Positions 22,033-35,170 of a stretch of DNA of 46,400 nucleotides are shown here, piece after piece (position 1 is the first letter of the stretch; each line of letters begins with the position of its first letter). A program made the translations under genes and the position numbers. Origin of the DNA: Octopus bimaculoides (taxonomy: Eukaryota); assembly GCF_001194135.2 (NCBI RefSeq), contig NC_068985.1:8747238-8793637 (forward strand), given 5' to 3'. Below the pieces are notes generated by a model. The model did no database searches and was not told the origin of the DNA. It was given only the letters and a program-made list of their open reading frames with translations.

Positions 22033-23239
22033 TAACTTAGAAGTGATTCTCGACCTTACGTAGCACCCTCTCCTTATAAGTAGCAACTCCCAGTTATCCC
22101 TGCGCGTGGAAAATAGTATTTTATGAAGTATTTGATTCTACCAATTCACACTTCACGTTTTAGTTTGTTAGAAAGAAGTTGGTGGAGTAAGACAGAGGAA
22201 GAGGGAATGTGAGAGCGAGTGAGAGAGCAGATAGCCAGCCGATACATTATGCTGTCACTCATGTGGTTAGTGGAAGTGAGAGGTGAAGAGAAAGAGAGAA
22301 GTGTTAAAGCCATGAAGAGGAGATTTACATGGTTACAAAGAATGTTGAAGCGGTAGAGAGAAGGAGAGAAATATAAAGTGATTAGCAGAGAGAAATTTTA
22401 AAATCATTAATTATCGTGAGTGGAATTGAAATAACTTAGCAAAATAAAAATAAAAATTCAAATCATACTTTCTTTTTTAAATAGCTTTTCTTAATCTTTA
22501 TCGTTCTATGCAATTTCCAAGGAACCTAGTAGTAATACTTAATAATATATATACTGTGTCTATAATAGATTTTATCCTCGTTCCGATCCGTAATTTTATG
22601 TCGATCGTCTTATGTATAAGATAAATATTGTGCTTATTTTTTATGACTATACGATTTCCTTCCATAGTTGAAGCATTACATACGTTGACCGTTGCAGAAT
22701 AATAAGATAGACAAATTTAAATACTGTTTGACGCTCATTCCAGTCAAAAGAGAATAGACAATATATTCCCAGAAAGAAATAGTGTGGATTGTCTTTCAGT
22801 CTAAATAGCATTACTAGAATCTTTTTGTCAACCGTTAAATAACCGAAAGAACTTTACTGAGAGACACAATATCGTGTAGTGGTGGTGGTTACTATTTTAT
22901 TTTATTCCATTTTATTTCATTCTCTGGTTAAATTGCTTGTATTAATCTCCAGCCAAAGCTAAATTTTGATAGTGGCTGTGACCACAATGTACAGAAGTCA
23001 GTTTATTAGGAAGACAATTTCAAATTAATTTAACTTTATTTAATTATCATATTTTAATTCTATTTAATATTAAACTCCGGTTATAAACAGACGTTATAAT
23101 ACATGGTGAGTATAAAATTATTGTTATATTAGAAACGCTTAATTCTTATAAATTGGTTTAGTCTAATTACTGTGCTTGTGATCTTCAAGTTGACATCAAC
23201 GCAGTTAAAATTATCTGTTGCTAACCAATGTCTACATGC

Positions 23240-23560
23240 AAACCATACATCACAGCCTGTTAGGTATATTGTTACGCGAGCATATTCGAAATAAGACAAT
23301 TCGCGAACGGAGCAGAGTGGAAGATCTGATCGCAGAATACCGAAAGCGCATGCCCCGCTGGGCCGGACATGTCGCAAGGTTTACAGACAACAGCTGGACC
23401 CGTGCAGTTGCCGAATGGCATCTAAGGGATCGGAAAATGCTTATTGGAAGAATTCTACAAAGATAGGCAAACGTTCTAGTTAAACCGTTAGGGTCGAGAT
23501 GGAAAAGAATGGCGCAGTCAAGACAGAATTGGAAGTGCATTGTGACCAGCGGTGTTTCAG
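23240..23560 (+). mobile_element. 3' end of an RTE-clade LINE
   Basis: LLGILLREHIRNKTIRERSRVEDLI..RWAGHVARFTDNSWTRAVAEWHLRDRK..GR; then WKRMAQSRQNWK. Confidence 0.85.
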
Positions 23561-23599
23561 AGCATCTGATTGTCTGTCGATATTTATGATATTTATGTG

Positions 23600-24030
23600 T
23601 GTATCTGTAGCACCGTCCTAAATCTAAGAAAAATATTTCAGTATGAGTAACCTCTGAGTTTTGTAGAAAGTTACTATTTACCGGTGCTTGAAGAATTTTC
23701 TGGATCTTAGGTGTATTGATGTAGTATTAAAGACGTACTTTCTCCAGGAGAGATTTCATTGATGGTGAGGCTTTGCGGCTTTAGTGAATTTGAAGTTTTG
23801 AGTTATGCGCAATGAGAACGATAAGAGTTTCCTCATGTACATTGATTACATCTTTGTGATATTGAATTAGAAATCGTTGGCATGATTCTAAGAACGCATG
23901 CACTTTTTTACCTAAGCAGTCATGCCTGTGTTTATGCACTTTTTGTGCTACAATAAAGCACTCCTGCAATACGTGATTGATACTTTCGTCTCCTTTCCTT
24001 GCGGATTTAACATTTGCTATCTGAGTGAGC
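23600..24030 (-). mobile_element. Decayed RLE (R4/Dong-like) LINE C-terminal fragment
   Basis: GDESINHVLQECFIVAQKVHKHRHDCLGKKVH matches the zinc-knuckle/RHD motif; downstream part is degenerate. Confidence 0.6.
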
Positions 24031-24078
24031 TTTGACGATCTGTGCATTTATCAGGTTTGCTCTTGAACGGCTATAGCA

Positions 24079-24123
24079 GTGGGAGTGGATTTGGCTGACG
24101 GAAAGTGAAAGTGGCCCGTCGTG

Positions 24124-24164
<41 letters not shown>

Positions 24165-24664
24165 CTATAGAGTAGTTGTACAACAAGGTGCCAATAATTA
24201 CTGGAAATAGCAGTTGATACATCTACGACGCTATAGTAAAGCTTCACTGCGTATATACGGTGCCTTATTTTACTGGAAAATAATACATTTGTATTGCAAT
24301 ATTTTATATATATATATACATCTAATCAATATATATCGATAAGAATATATACATATTCAATAGGATATAGATATTTTTGTGTGTTTGTGCGTGTGCGTGT
24401 TGTGTGTGTGTGTGTGTGCGCGAGAGAGAGAGAGAGTGTGTGTGTGTGTGTGTGTGTATCAGTTTTTATCCTCCAGCATCGCTAGACAAGCGGTGTTAGT
24501 GTATTTACCTCCTCCTTCAAACTTAGCGGTTCCGCAAAGGATACTGATGGATTAAGTAGCGGACTTTGAAAAAAATATGTTCTGGCATCGATTTATTCGA
24601 CTAAAAAGTTTTCACAGCGGTGCCCCAGCATGACCGCCGTTTAATGACTGGAATAAATAGAAGA
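24079..24664 (+). mobile_element. SINE family A pieces (mid-body at 24079-24160, 3' half at 24379-24664)
   Basis: GAGTGGATTTGG..CGGAAAGTGAAAG.GGCCCGTCG and AACTTAGCGGTTC.GCAAAG..TTCGACTAAA..CCCCAGCATGACCGC. Confidence 0.7.
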
Positions 24665-25393
24665 CAAACGATAATTTTCGGGTAAGAGTGAAGCGTCGGC
24701 AGTGAAGTAGTGGGACATTTTGGTAAGCGGCGACAAGAATGATGTAGGCGTAGTCCATGTAAAATTGGGGAGACATCAGTGAACGTCGGAGAACTAAAGA
24801 AAGTTATCAAATTAAAATATTAGACTTTAGGTCAGATAGAAATCAAACAGTTTGCGATGTGAGATTGCCAACAGCGCTGTCAGGAGATTCGCGTTAAGAT
24901 TGCGTACCCTATTTAAGTTATACTATGTGTGATGTGCATAGTATCGATATTAAAAGACGTATTTATTCTTTATAGTGTCATTTTATAACTTCTGGTGAAA
25001 CAGGTAAATAGAGTGAGATTTTGAAAAATCAGGCAAATTGGCAAATTTGTATTGACACTGTGATTGAAATATATTCGAGATGTGATAGCGTGTCGTCTGA
25101 AGCGAAGAACCGGATTATATTTTATAAAATAATAAATCAGAAAAAGCATTTTTATAACATAATGACATTTTCTTCCACCAGACATTTGAAGAGAATTAGA
25201 AGCTGATTTATTGTAGAGTTCAGAGGTTAACATAATCGTATCGGAACTCGGGGAAAAAGCAAACAATCGATGAATTTTGTAATAATCTCTCTCTCCTTCT
25301 TTCTCTTCCTTACTCTCCCGCTCTCTCTTCCTCACTCTCCCTCTCTCCCATCACTCTCTGCATATATGCATATACATATATATGCATAAGTAC

Positions 25394-25426
<33 letters not shown>

Positions 25427-25914
25427 CATGGGCACTCACAAACAAACACACATATATACTCACACACAAACGCACGTATAAAAAATGACGAAAATAATAC
25501 CGATGTTACACGAAATCTCGGTCGCGTATGAAGGGATTGTGTACAAGAGCAACATAGAAATAACATTCTAATTATTTTCTTTCAATTCGCATCCGATTTT
25601 TATTTTTGTATGTTTTCTATTTGTCATCTACGTAACAACATCATGCAAGCTTGATATAGTGTAGGTGTCGTGGAAACGAACACACAAACCAAGAAAATCT
25701 GAAATCACTGTGCTAGTAATCATCTTCGAACTAATGTGTATGGATATATATAAATATGTGTATGTGTGCCTGTGTGTGTGTGAGAGAGAGAGAGTAAACA
25801 AAAATCTACGATGACACAATGGGCTCAAGAGATTAATTGTTCAGGAACGAAATAGAATAGCTCGTTTTATAGTTAGTTAACATTATTGTGTACTGACACA
25901 CACATACACAAATA

Positions 25915-26487
<573 letters not shown>

Positions 26488-28065
26488 TACCATAGCTAAA
26501 ATAATATCTTATTTCCTGGAAATAAAATGCTATTAGACAATCGTTTAATACCGTTTTTCTTTCGCATATATCTATTATTTCTATTTAGCGTTTTGATGCT
26601 CCATACATTTAACCTGTTAAAACAAACTTATTCCTAATGATTCCGTCTTTTTAGAAATGTCCAGTACTACATTACGTAAGGTGCTCTTTTTCTTTTAAGA
26701 GGCAAGTTTCTTTGTGAAGATTGTTTGGTTAATATTTCCGGTAGCACTGGCAAATACGTGAATGCTCCTTTCCTATTCTGACCTCTTCCTTTGAGTTCGT
26801 AATGATAAAACCCAAGGTCTCTGCTTTTAAAGCCAAGAAGAGCCCAAACACGGTTGTTGGATAAAGTAATGAAATACCCTAAATAATCTTTTTGCTACCA
26901 TAATAAGCATAACGTAACATATAAGAGTATAGACTTCAGCCTATTTCCCGATATAGAGATCTCTGAAACACTACACAATACTGTACATTTTTTCATGTAG
27001 GAAAATAGAATTGTTTGGAGATCAAATAATTCAGTCAGCTTTATAACTGCATCGCCACTACAGAAGAGAACATGTCCTACCTTTACTTTATATTTGGTGC
27101 GTAACGTCAACGGGATATATTGTGGATGCGAAGAGAACAGTAGCTTTTTTGAAATATATTGCACCACCAATATCCGGTGTTTTACACCGGTGAATGAAAT
27201 GACACAAAATAAATACCTACCCAGCTACTCTAACTATCCAATATAGTTGTAATTTCCTAGCCTGTTCATACAATACACTTAGGATATTGATGTATGAGTG
27301 AGCGAATGTGTAGGGAAAATAAAGCTGTAGAGGAAAAGAATGAGAAAGACGGCGGGAGAGAAATAGATATAGAGACGAGAATTAAACAGACTGAGAGAAA
27401 TAGTGAAAGGAGAGAGATAAGGAAATATATGCGTTTGTATATGTTCAAATTGAAACAAACCTCATTTCCCGTTAGTTACTTGTATTTGAATGTAAACTTA
27501 CCGAAGCTATTATATGTATCTTAGAGACGATGCTTGTTTAGCCTGCAAGTCAGTTATGACCGATCCGATTTATGCTCACAGGCATTTATGCTCCTGCCTT
27601 TTATTGTTCCAGGTTTATGGATCTAACTATGTATTATCAAACATATACTTCTTTTAAAGTTGGCTACGTTCAGGGATATTTAGCTGCTAAATAGTAAGTG
27701 TACTATAGCTTGTTTGTAGAGAACTTGTAATTGTTGTTGTTATTGGTCGACGTGATGGTGATGTCAGCGTTGGTGGTTACATTTAACCCGCAAACCTCTA
27801 ATCTAAATAGATCTTATAAACTTATAGTACTTTTCCAAGTAAAATCTACAAAGCAATGCATTTCGGAACGTGTCCTTCTCTTTACAAAATAGATTGCTTC
27901 GAAAGCTGTTTGGGTGGTATGTCCAGCAGTTTCAATAATCGTTTCAAGCCTGCCGTTCGGTTTTCATAGATCTGTTGCAATTTAGCTTCACTTCACACAT
28001 CCTTTGACTGACCTGTAATCAAAAACAATAAAATGACTACCTCGTCTTTGTTTTTCAGAAAGAAA

Positions 28066-28376
28066 CTGCTATTCCGTCGGTTACGACGACAAGACTTCCT
28101 GTTGATCCGATCAGCGGAACAGCCTCCTCATCGAATTAACGTCCAAGTGGCTGAACACTCCACTGACACGTGTAACCATAATGTAGTTCTCGGGAGATTC
28201 AGCATGACACAGAATGTGACAAGGATGAACCTTTGAATTACAGTTACAACTCGTTTTTCCACATGATATTACTGGAGTAATGTGCCTTGCTTAAGGACAC
28301 AGCGCGACACCGGGCATCGAACTCAGGATCTTGTAATTGTATGGCGAATACCCTCACCACGAAGACACATTGCTTC
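28066..28376 (-). mobile_element. tRNA-headed SINE, local family E (shares its 3' half with B)
   Basis: Box B GAGTTCGATGCC, GTGTCCTTAAGCAAGGCAC segment, then the B-type 3' half (CCTTGTCACA..GCTGAAT.TCCCGAGAACTAC..GATCGGATCAAC..GTCGTAACCGACGG). Confidence 0.85.
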
Positions 28377-30439
28377 ATGAATACTTTTAGAAATAATTTA
28401 TTTTCAATTACATTATGACGTGCGTTCTTTTATTAAGTCAGTAGTGTGTTATTAAAGGGAAATCTATTATTGTTCCCGGGTGTCCGACGTGTTATTTTCA
28501 GGCTCCGTCATTGGTTCGTTATAGAGACATTATTTGAACTAAAGACTATGAATTGGCTGGAGTGTTTGAGCGTCTAAATGAAGGTCTTGCGTCATTTGGT
28601 GTTGATATGTATAAAAACACTTCTTACATACACGTAACAGATATACATATATAAATATGTACAGTATTTAGAAATGATTGTTTTCCCGATATAAGTAAAA
28701 TTTATGTTTATAGTTTATATCCGTTAAATTTTTCCTGTTTTCTTTTATGCACCTCATTATAAGCCATCTTCTGAATTGTTTGGAAGCTGCCGTTCTGAGA
28801 GGCCAAATGTTCCGAAAGCAATTGAATATTAACAGTAACATATTGAAGTAATTCCCACCAACATATTGAACTAATTCTATACCGAAAATTAGAAAATTTA
28901 TGCCATTCTATTTATTTTAGATATTAATATATATGGATAAATCCGGTGACTTCTACTACTAATTAACAAAGGATTTAAATATGTAAATCAGTTGTTAGTC
29001 AAATTTATGTATTTTGTATTGTTTCAGTGTCTGTCAGATATTTTAGTCGATCAGAGATTATCGGAAAACATTACCTATCAAATTTAGTAAAAACAGCTGC
29101 CTGATATTCTTCAATTGGAAGAAGGAAATTTGCTGTTATTATTTCCTGGTAGTTCATAGTAGAATCCTGATATATCGTCGATTTACAACTTCCTAATGGA
29201 ATTGTCTCGATTTCCATCGCCATTATCTTTGACTCTTGATATCCGATTCAACTTCCTAAAATTTAACCTTAACAAGTATCTTACGCCGGAACGAGAAAAC
29301 ACAATTGAATTGTCGATGAAAGTGAAAGAAAAATAAACAAGAATAACACGATTATATTTCAATAAAGCTGGAGAGGAAGAAAGATGAGCATTATTGATCG
29401 ATTGGAAATATAATAGAGTTTTTGTCAATGAAACAAAACGATTAGTTATTAACAGAGAGACGTTAAGATTTTAAACGGCGAGTAACAGAGAAGAAGGGTT
29501 ATATTTACAAGAAAATGTCGTTGTGAAGTACATTAGTTGAAAGACGTTTTTCACATTTTCTAACATATCAGCGTAATGCATCATTTCTGACAAGATAAAT
29601 TTGATCGGGAAAAGAAATGTAAATTTAAGAAAACCAAGATAGATTATATCAAGAAAACGTTCTCCATGCTATAAATAGTATAAGTTGAGTGATTAACTGA
29701 AGACAGAAGGAAAAATTAGAGTATATACGATTATATATTGTAGTACGGAATTTATATCTTCCAGTTGAGTCGCTATATCATCAACTAGAGACATTACGAA
29801 ATATTATTTCTAAGTAAAAATAATATTAGCTTGCTGCCCGCTTATATAAAAAAAAAGGCATTTTAATTAGAATACAGTCAAAATGTTATGCATTTCTAAG
29901 GAAGAAATAATAGAATTGGGACTGATGAGACACTTCTGGCTTCTTTCAAGGTGAACATGTAATTTTAAATTGTGTATTTTTAAGGGTCTCATTATGAATA
30001 ACTTACACACTCTTAGTTCTCGACGATAGGGCTGCACGCGAAATGATACATATAAACACATGTAAACACGCGCGGGCGCACACAGCCAAAGAATGTCACC
30101 TGAGATCTGAAAACACATTATTTAGTTGTATTTAGAAACTTTGATACCAACATAAATGTGTGTGCCTGCGTTTGTATGTGTTTGTGCATGTGCTAGTTTG
30201 ATGAAATAGAATTCCTCTGTACGCCTATTTTAAGTGCGCGCGGTTCTCCACCCAGATTTCTAAAGCCACCTTACTTTTATGCATTCCTTTCACGCACTTG
30301 TTAACCTTGTTTGTATTATCTTAATACTATCATATTGAAACACACTCAGATATTTACCAATTTCATGCTCCATGAAATACCGACATACATATACTGTATG
30401 CATATACAGTCATACGTACTTACATATGCACACATACAC

Positions 30440-30654
30440 ACACAGGCACATGTATATTAATATATATATATATATATANNNNNNNNNNNNNNNNNNNNNN
30501 NNNNNNNNNNNNNNNNNNNNNNNNNNNNNNNNNNNNNNNNNNNNNNNNNNNNNNNNNNNNNNNNNNNNNNNNNNNNNNNNNNNNNNNNNNNNNNNNNNNN
30601 NNNNNNNNNNNNNNNNNNNNNNATATACATATATATATATACATATATATATAC

Positions 30655-30685
<31 letters not shown>

Positions 30686-30835
30686 CATATATATATGCAT
30701 ACATATATATATGCGTGTATGTATGTGTTTGTATATAAAATGTATACACATATATACATACATAAATGAGTGTATATATACATACACATACACAAATGAG
30801 TATATATATATATATATATACTCATATATATATGC
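30440..30835. repeat. TA/TACA-rich simple repeat with gap (N 30479-30622)
   Basis: Directly visible. Confidence 0.9.
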
Positions 30836-31325
30836 ATGTGTATTTGTATCTGGTTGTATATAGATGAAAGAGGTACTTGCGTATAGTCTTCTATTTGTAG
30901 TCATACGCATTGACGCCATAATTCTTTGACGTTTTCGAAAACTCCTAACCAAATTTAACTGTAGTAATATCAATGTAATGGACACCAGTCTACGTAACGG
31001 ACAAGAGAGTAATGAAACTATTTCTTGATTAATAAAGATTCACGCAAACGCCGGTTCGCCTATATTTAATACCCTTTGAACTGTTGTGATATTTTGAATA
31101 TATATGCATAAATAATAAACATTTTTGGCATGGTACTCTAAATAAGGAACCTATATCAAACCCAAAGAACAAAATGTCTAATCATAAGGAATGCATTCAC
31201 ATTTATTTGATAATGTTAATGTTTAATCGATGGAAAATATTTTCCAGAGAGTTTGTGTCGTCGGTGACTTGTAGAATTTAGTAGCGAATATGGAAGTATA
31301 CGTTACGTATCCATACTTCAAGGAA

Positions 31326-31408
31326 AAAGATAGAAGCTACATTGTAAAGATAGAAGCTACATTGTAAAGATAGAAGCTACATTGTAAAGATAGAAGCTAC
31401 ATTGTAAA
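31326..31408 (+). repeat. Perfect 20-bp tandem repeat x4 (AAAGATAGAAGCTACATTGT)
   Basis: Four identical units at 31326, 31346, 31366 and 31386. Confidence 0.98.
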
Positions 31409-31659
31409 TCATTTGGTCCATTGATTAGAAAATAAGAATATTTTCTCAATATTGGTTCGTGGGAAGAAATTGTGTTCAAAATATTGATTTGTTTTCAATG
31501 TTTTGCTTTAGAGGAGAAAGTTTATAAATTCTCCCATTAGAGATTTTCTCAATTTTTATCGCATTAGCAACGGCAATTGCAACAAAATCTGAAAAATAAT
31601 CACGGTGTCAGAACAACAACAGGAATAACAACAACAACAACAATAATAATAATAATAAT

Positions 31660-31872
31660 TTTTTTCTACAAAAGGTTCGAGGCTTGAAATTTTGGGGAAG
31701 GGGCTAGACGATTACGTCGACCCCAGTACACAACTTTTGCTTATTTAATCGACCCCGAAAGGATGGAAGGCAAAGTCGACCTCGGTGGAATTTGAACCCA
31801 GATCGTAAAGACGGACGAAATAGTGTTAAGCATTTTGCCCGGCGTGCTAACGATTCTGCTAGCTCACTGTCT
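31660..31872 (-). mobile_element. SINE family C (stack copy a)
   Basis: Reverse complement: GAGCTAGCAGAATCGTTAGCACGCCGGGC (box A region), GGGTTCAAATTCC (box B), GAGGTCGACTTTGCCTTCCATCC. Confidence 0.9.
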
Positions 31873-31884
31873 TAATAATAATAA

Positions 31885-32091
31885 TGGTTTCAAATTTTGC
31901 CACAAATTTTGGGGGTAGGGATGAATCGATGGCATCAACCCCACTTCTCATCTGGTACTTATTTCATCGACCCCGAAAGGATGAAAGGCAAAGTCTACCT
32001 CGGCGGAATTTGAACTCAGAATGGAGCGACGGACGAAATACCGCTAAGCATTTCGTCCAGCCTGCTAAAGATTCTGCCTGTTCGATGCCTT
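31885..32091 (-). mobile_element. SINE family C (stack copy b)
   Basis: Same head and core, different 3' end. Confidence 0.88.
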
Positions 32092-32106
32092 AACAACAAT
32101 AATAAT

Positions 32107-32308
32107 ATTTTCTACTATAGGCAGAACGCCTGGAATTTGAAGGGAGGGGGACAGTTGACCACATGGATCCCAGTACTTGACTGGTACTTATTTTATCAGC
32201 CCTGAAAAGATGAAAGACAAAACCGACACCCGCTAAATTTGAATTCAGAACAAGTTTGAACTAAGCATTTCGTCCGACGTGCTAATGATTCTGTTAGCTC
32301 ACCGTCTT
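32107..32308 (-). mobile_element. SINE family C (stack copy c)
   Basis: Same head and core, with an internal deletion. Confidence 0.85.
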
Positions 32309-32345
32309 GAATAATAATAGTAATAATAACAATAATAATAATAAT

Positions 32346-32469
32346 CTTTTCTACTCTGGGCACAAGGCACAACATTTTGGGAGAGGGGGCCAGTCGATTA
32401 GATCAACCCCAGTACGCAACTGGTACTTAATTTATCGACCCCGAAAGGATGAAAGGCAAAGTCGACCTC
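32346..32469 (-). mobile_element. SINE family C (stack copy d, headless)
   Basis: 3' part only; stops at GTCGACCTC, followed by (AAT)n. Confidence 0.88.
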
Positions 32470-32499
32470 AATAATAATAATAATGTTTGGCCTCTACAG

Positions 32500-32775
32500 C
32501 CAAGGACACGTTTTCTTTGGATAATGGTTCATGAAGGTGCATCTCCCGAAGGCAAATTGCATTTTTTCTTCACTGAATTCAGCTGTTAGGTACCTTCATG
32601 TTTCAGAACGCGGTAGACTGCATACAAGCAGAAAGACCTATGCTTGTAATTTTCAGTGAGAGTTGAGATTGCGTTAACTGAAAACCGCCTCCATTTCGCG
32701 GAGGATAAATTCGATTTACACCTAACTTTGGCGCATACGACGCATAGTCACCAGCTCTCGGATTTTCACATCAAT
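32500..32775 (-). mobile_element. R4/Dong-like LINE fragment (post-RT region)
   Basis: IDVKIRELVTMRRM / KLGVNRIYPPRNGGGFQL..LSLKITSIGL..KHE resembles the IDRKTRKLLTM..SDIDRLYLPRKEGGRGL segment also seen at ~16300-16400. Confidence 0.65.
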
Positions 32776-33379
32776 TTTATTATATCATATTTTATTATAT
32801 CAATTTTATTATATCATAGACGGATTTAGATAATAACGTTGAACTTGCATATTATTATGAAATTAGTAAATGAGTTTAGTGACTCGAATTTTTTCTGGCA
32901 TTGAACTCGTTTTTCGGAATAGTTCTTATTTTATGGCAGCATTCCTTTCTTATCTCTCATTAGTGATCATTGGTGATCGCTTAACGCCACCTCCTACAGA
33001 AACATTTAGGTATTTACAAATATTTTCAGGTTTTTATTCATATATTTTGGCTTCCCTATCTAGGTTTTTGCAAGTATTGATAGTTTTCCTTTGACAGCAA
33101 CAGCCTCAGTGCATTTGGTTTAAATCCAATAAGACCAAAAATAACTAAAATAGCTAGCCTATCCTAGACCTACATAAAACATTCTTGTATACCACCAAAA
33201 AACAAAAAACGATCCCATGACGTGAAGGGATTACACCTAAACATACACAACTGTGGCTTTTTAATTTTTTAAACTCTTCTTTCTAGCAATAGTGGTGCTA
33301 GTCAGTACCGTCTGTCGCTTTTGTGACCTCTATTAACTTTGCCTTTAGGTTCAAATTGCTAATAAACCANNNNNNNNNN

Positions 33380-33611
33380 GTTTATAAGTTATTTAAAGAC
33401 ACAAAAAAAACAGTGAGATTCACTTCAACATTTAAATTTATTATGCCAAAATATTTTCGTCTCTTTCAGACCGCGACCTGTTCACTGACAAAATTCCGTG
33501 CTGCATCAGTGAAAAGGTCACTGTCTCAAAGGGACAAAAATGTTTTGGCAAATTAAATTTAAATGTTGAAGTGAATCTAACGGTTTGTGTGTTTTAAAAT
33601 GGTTTATAAAC
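33380..33611. repeat. Long imperfect palindrome (~107-bp arms, 17-nt loop), MITE-like or fold-back element
   Basis: 33380-33488 versus reverse complement of 33506-33611 (GTTTATAA..AGATTCACTTCAACATTTAAATTTA..TGCCAAAA.ATTTT.GTC.CTTT.AGAC.G.GACCT.TTCACTGA). The left end abuts a gap. Confidence 0.92.
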
Positions 33612-33845
33612 ATAAGCATCTTCCTCAGCTGCAATTGTTTTTGTTTCAGCACACGATCTCAGATCAGGTCATTTGCTACGCAAGTACATCTCCGTAATAT
33701 ATATATATATATATATGTTTGTTTACAGGAAAAGTTTTGAGTATATGAATAAAGCTCCTATTCTAATATGTCAGCCATAGTCTAATGATGCTAACTGGTG
33801 GACCAGTTTTTTGGGGTTGCATCGAGCTGTACCTATATAATAAGA

Positions 33846-34221
<376 letters not shown>

Positions 34222-34290
<69 letters not shown>
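34222..34290. repeat. (ATT)n microsatellite
   Basis: Directly visible. Confidence 0.97.
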
Positions 34291-34291
<1 letters not shown>

Positions 34292-34303
34292 GTTTTATTA
34301 TCA

Positions 34304-34513
34304 AAAGCGACGAGCTGGCAGAAACGTCAGCATGCCGCGCGAAATGCCTAGCGGTATATCGTTTGTCTTAACGTTCTAAGTTCAAATTCCGCCGAGATCA
34401 ATTTTACCTTTCATCCTTTCGGGGTCGATCGGGTTGCGAACTGGGGTCGATCTAATGGAATGGTCCCCTCCCGCAAAATTTTAGACCTGGTACTTAGAGC
34501 AGAAAAGATTATT
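34304..34513 (+). mobile_element. SINE family C
   Basis: GCGACGAGCTGGCAGAAACG head, AAGTTCAAATTCC box B, CCTTTCATCCTTTCGGGGTCGAT core, AGAAAAGATTATT tail. Confidence 0.85.
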
Positions 34514-34682
34514 AGTAATATCATATATACACATACATATACACACAAACGTTAATAGGAATAGCAGAAAGTACAAAAAAAGTTCAGAAAATTTCAAATG
34601 GTTCAAAGGTCGTGGTGTATTGGAACGATTTCTAATCAACGGAAGAGTCCAGTGTAATCGATTGGTATGTAGGAGAGTTGCA

Positions 34683-34753
34683 GAAAATCCAGGTAGAAGT
34701 CCGAAGTGTAGGAGGTGTCGAAAATCCAGGAATATGTCCGAAGTGTAGGAGGA
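34683..34753 (+). repeat. 37-bp tandem duplication (2 copies)
   Basis: GAAAATCCAGG.A.A.GTCCGAAGTGTAGGAGG at 34683 and 34720. Confidence 0.85.
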
Positions 34754-34787
34754 TAAAACTGGTGCGACCACGTGAGCGGGCAATATA

Positions 34788-35000
34788 CTGTTGGAAATTA
34801 CAAAAAGACAAAAGACGAATACAGGTGTGTAAACAACAAACAAGTGTATCAGTTTAACGCTCAGGAAGCTGAGAAAGCCTTTTACGTTTCGAGCCTACGC
34901 TCTTCAACAGAAAAGAACACGAGAAAATAAACAGAGAGGGACAAAAAAAGCTTTAGTAAGAACAAACGACAATAGGAAAAAGTAGAAAGTACAAAAAAGT
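34788..35000 (-). mobile_element. Penelope-like terminal (pLTR-like) fragment
   Basis: Pyrimidine-rich run, hammerhead-like motif, then a ~95-nt tail shared with 11725-11895. The PLE assignment is inferred from the minimal hammerhead architecture. Confidence 0.7.
34878..34915 (-). ncRNA. Minimal type I hammerhead-like motif (core variant CUGUUGA+A)
   Basis: CUUUU-CUGUUGAA-GAGC(GUAG)GCUC-GAAACGUA^AAAGG: stem I 5 bp, stem II 4 bp, palindromic ACGU stem III, GUA site. Confidence 0.6.
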
Positions 35001-35074
35001 TACAGATAGATAGATACTATAGATATGCATATAAATTCTGTGTACCAATTTTACATACAGAACACTGACCGGAC

Positions 35075-35170
35075 CGATACTATAACAGCAAACATTTTCC
35101 AGGGTTTCACTCACTGCGATCGAACCTGAAACCACATATCAGTAAAGCGAAGTTCTTAACCACAAAGCTA
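35075..35170 (-). mobile_element. SINE family A head fragment
   Basis: CACTGCGATCGAACCTGAAACCAC..AAGTTCTTAACCAC resembles the reverse-complemented A head. Confidence 0.5.
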
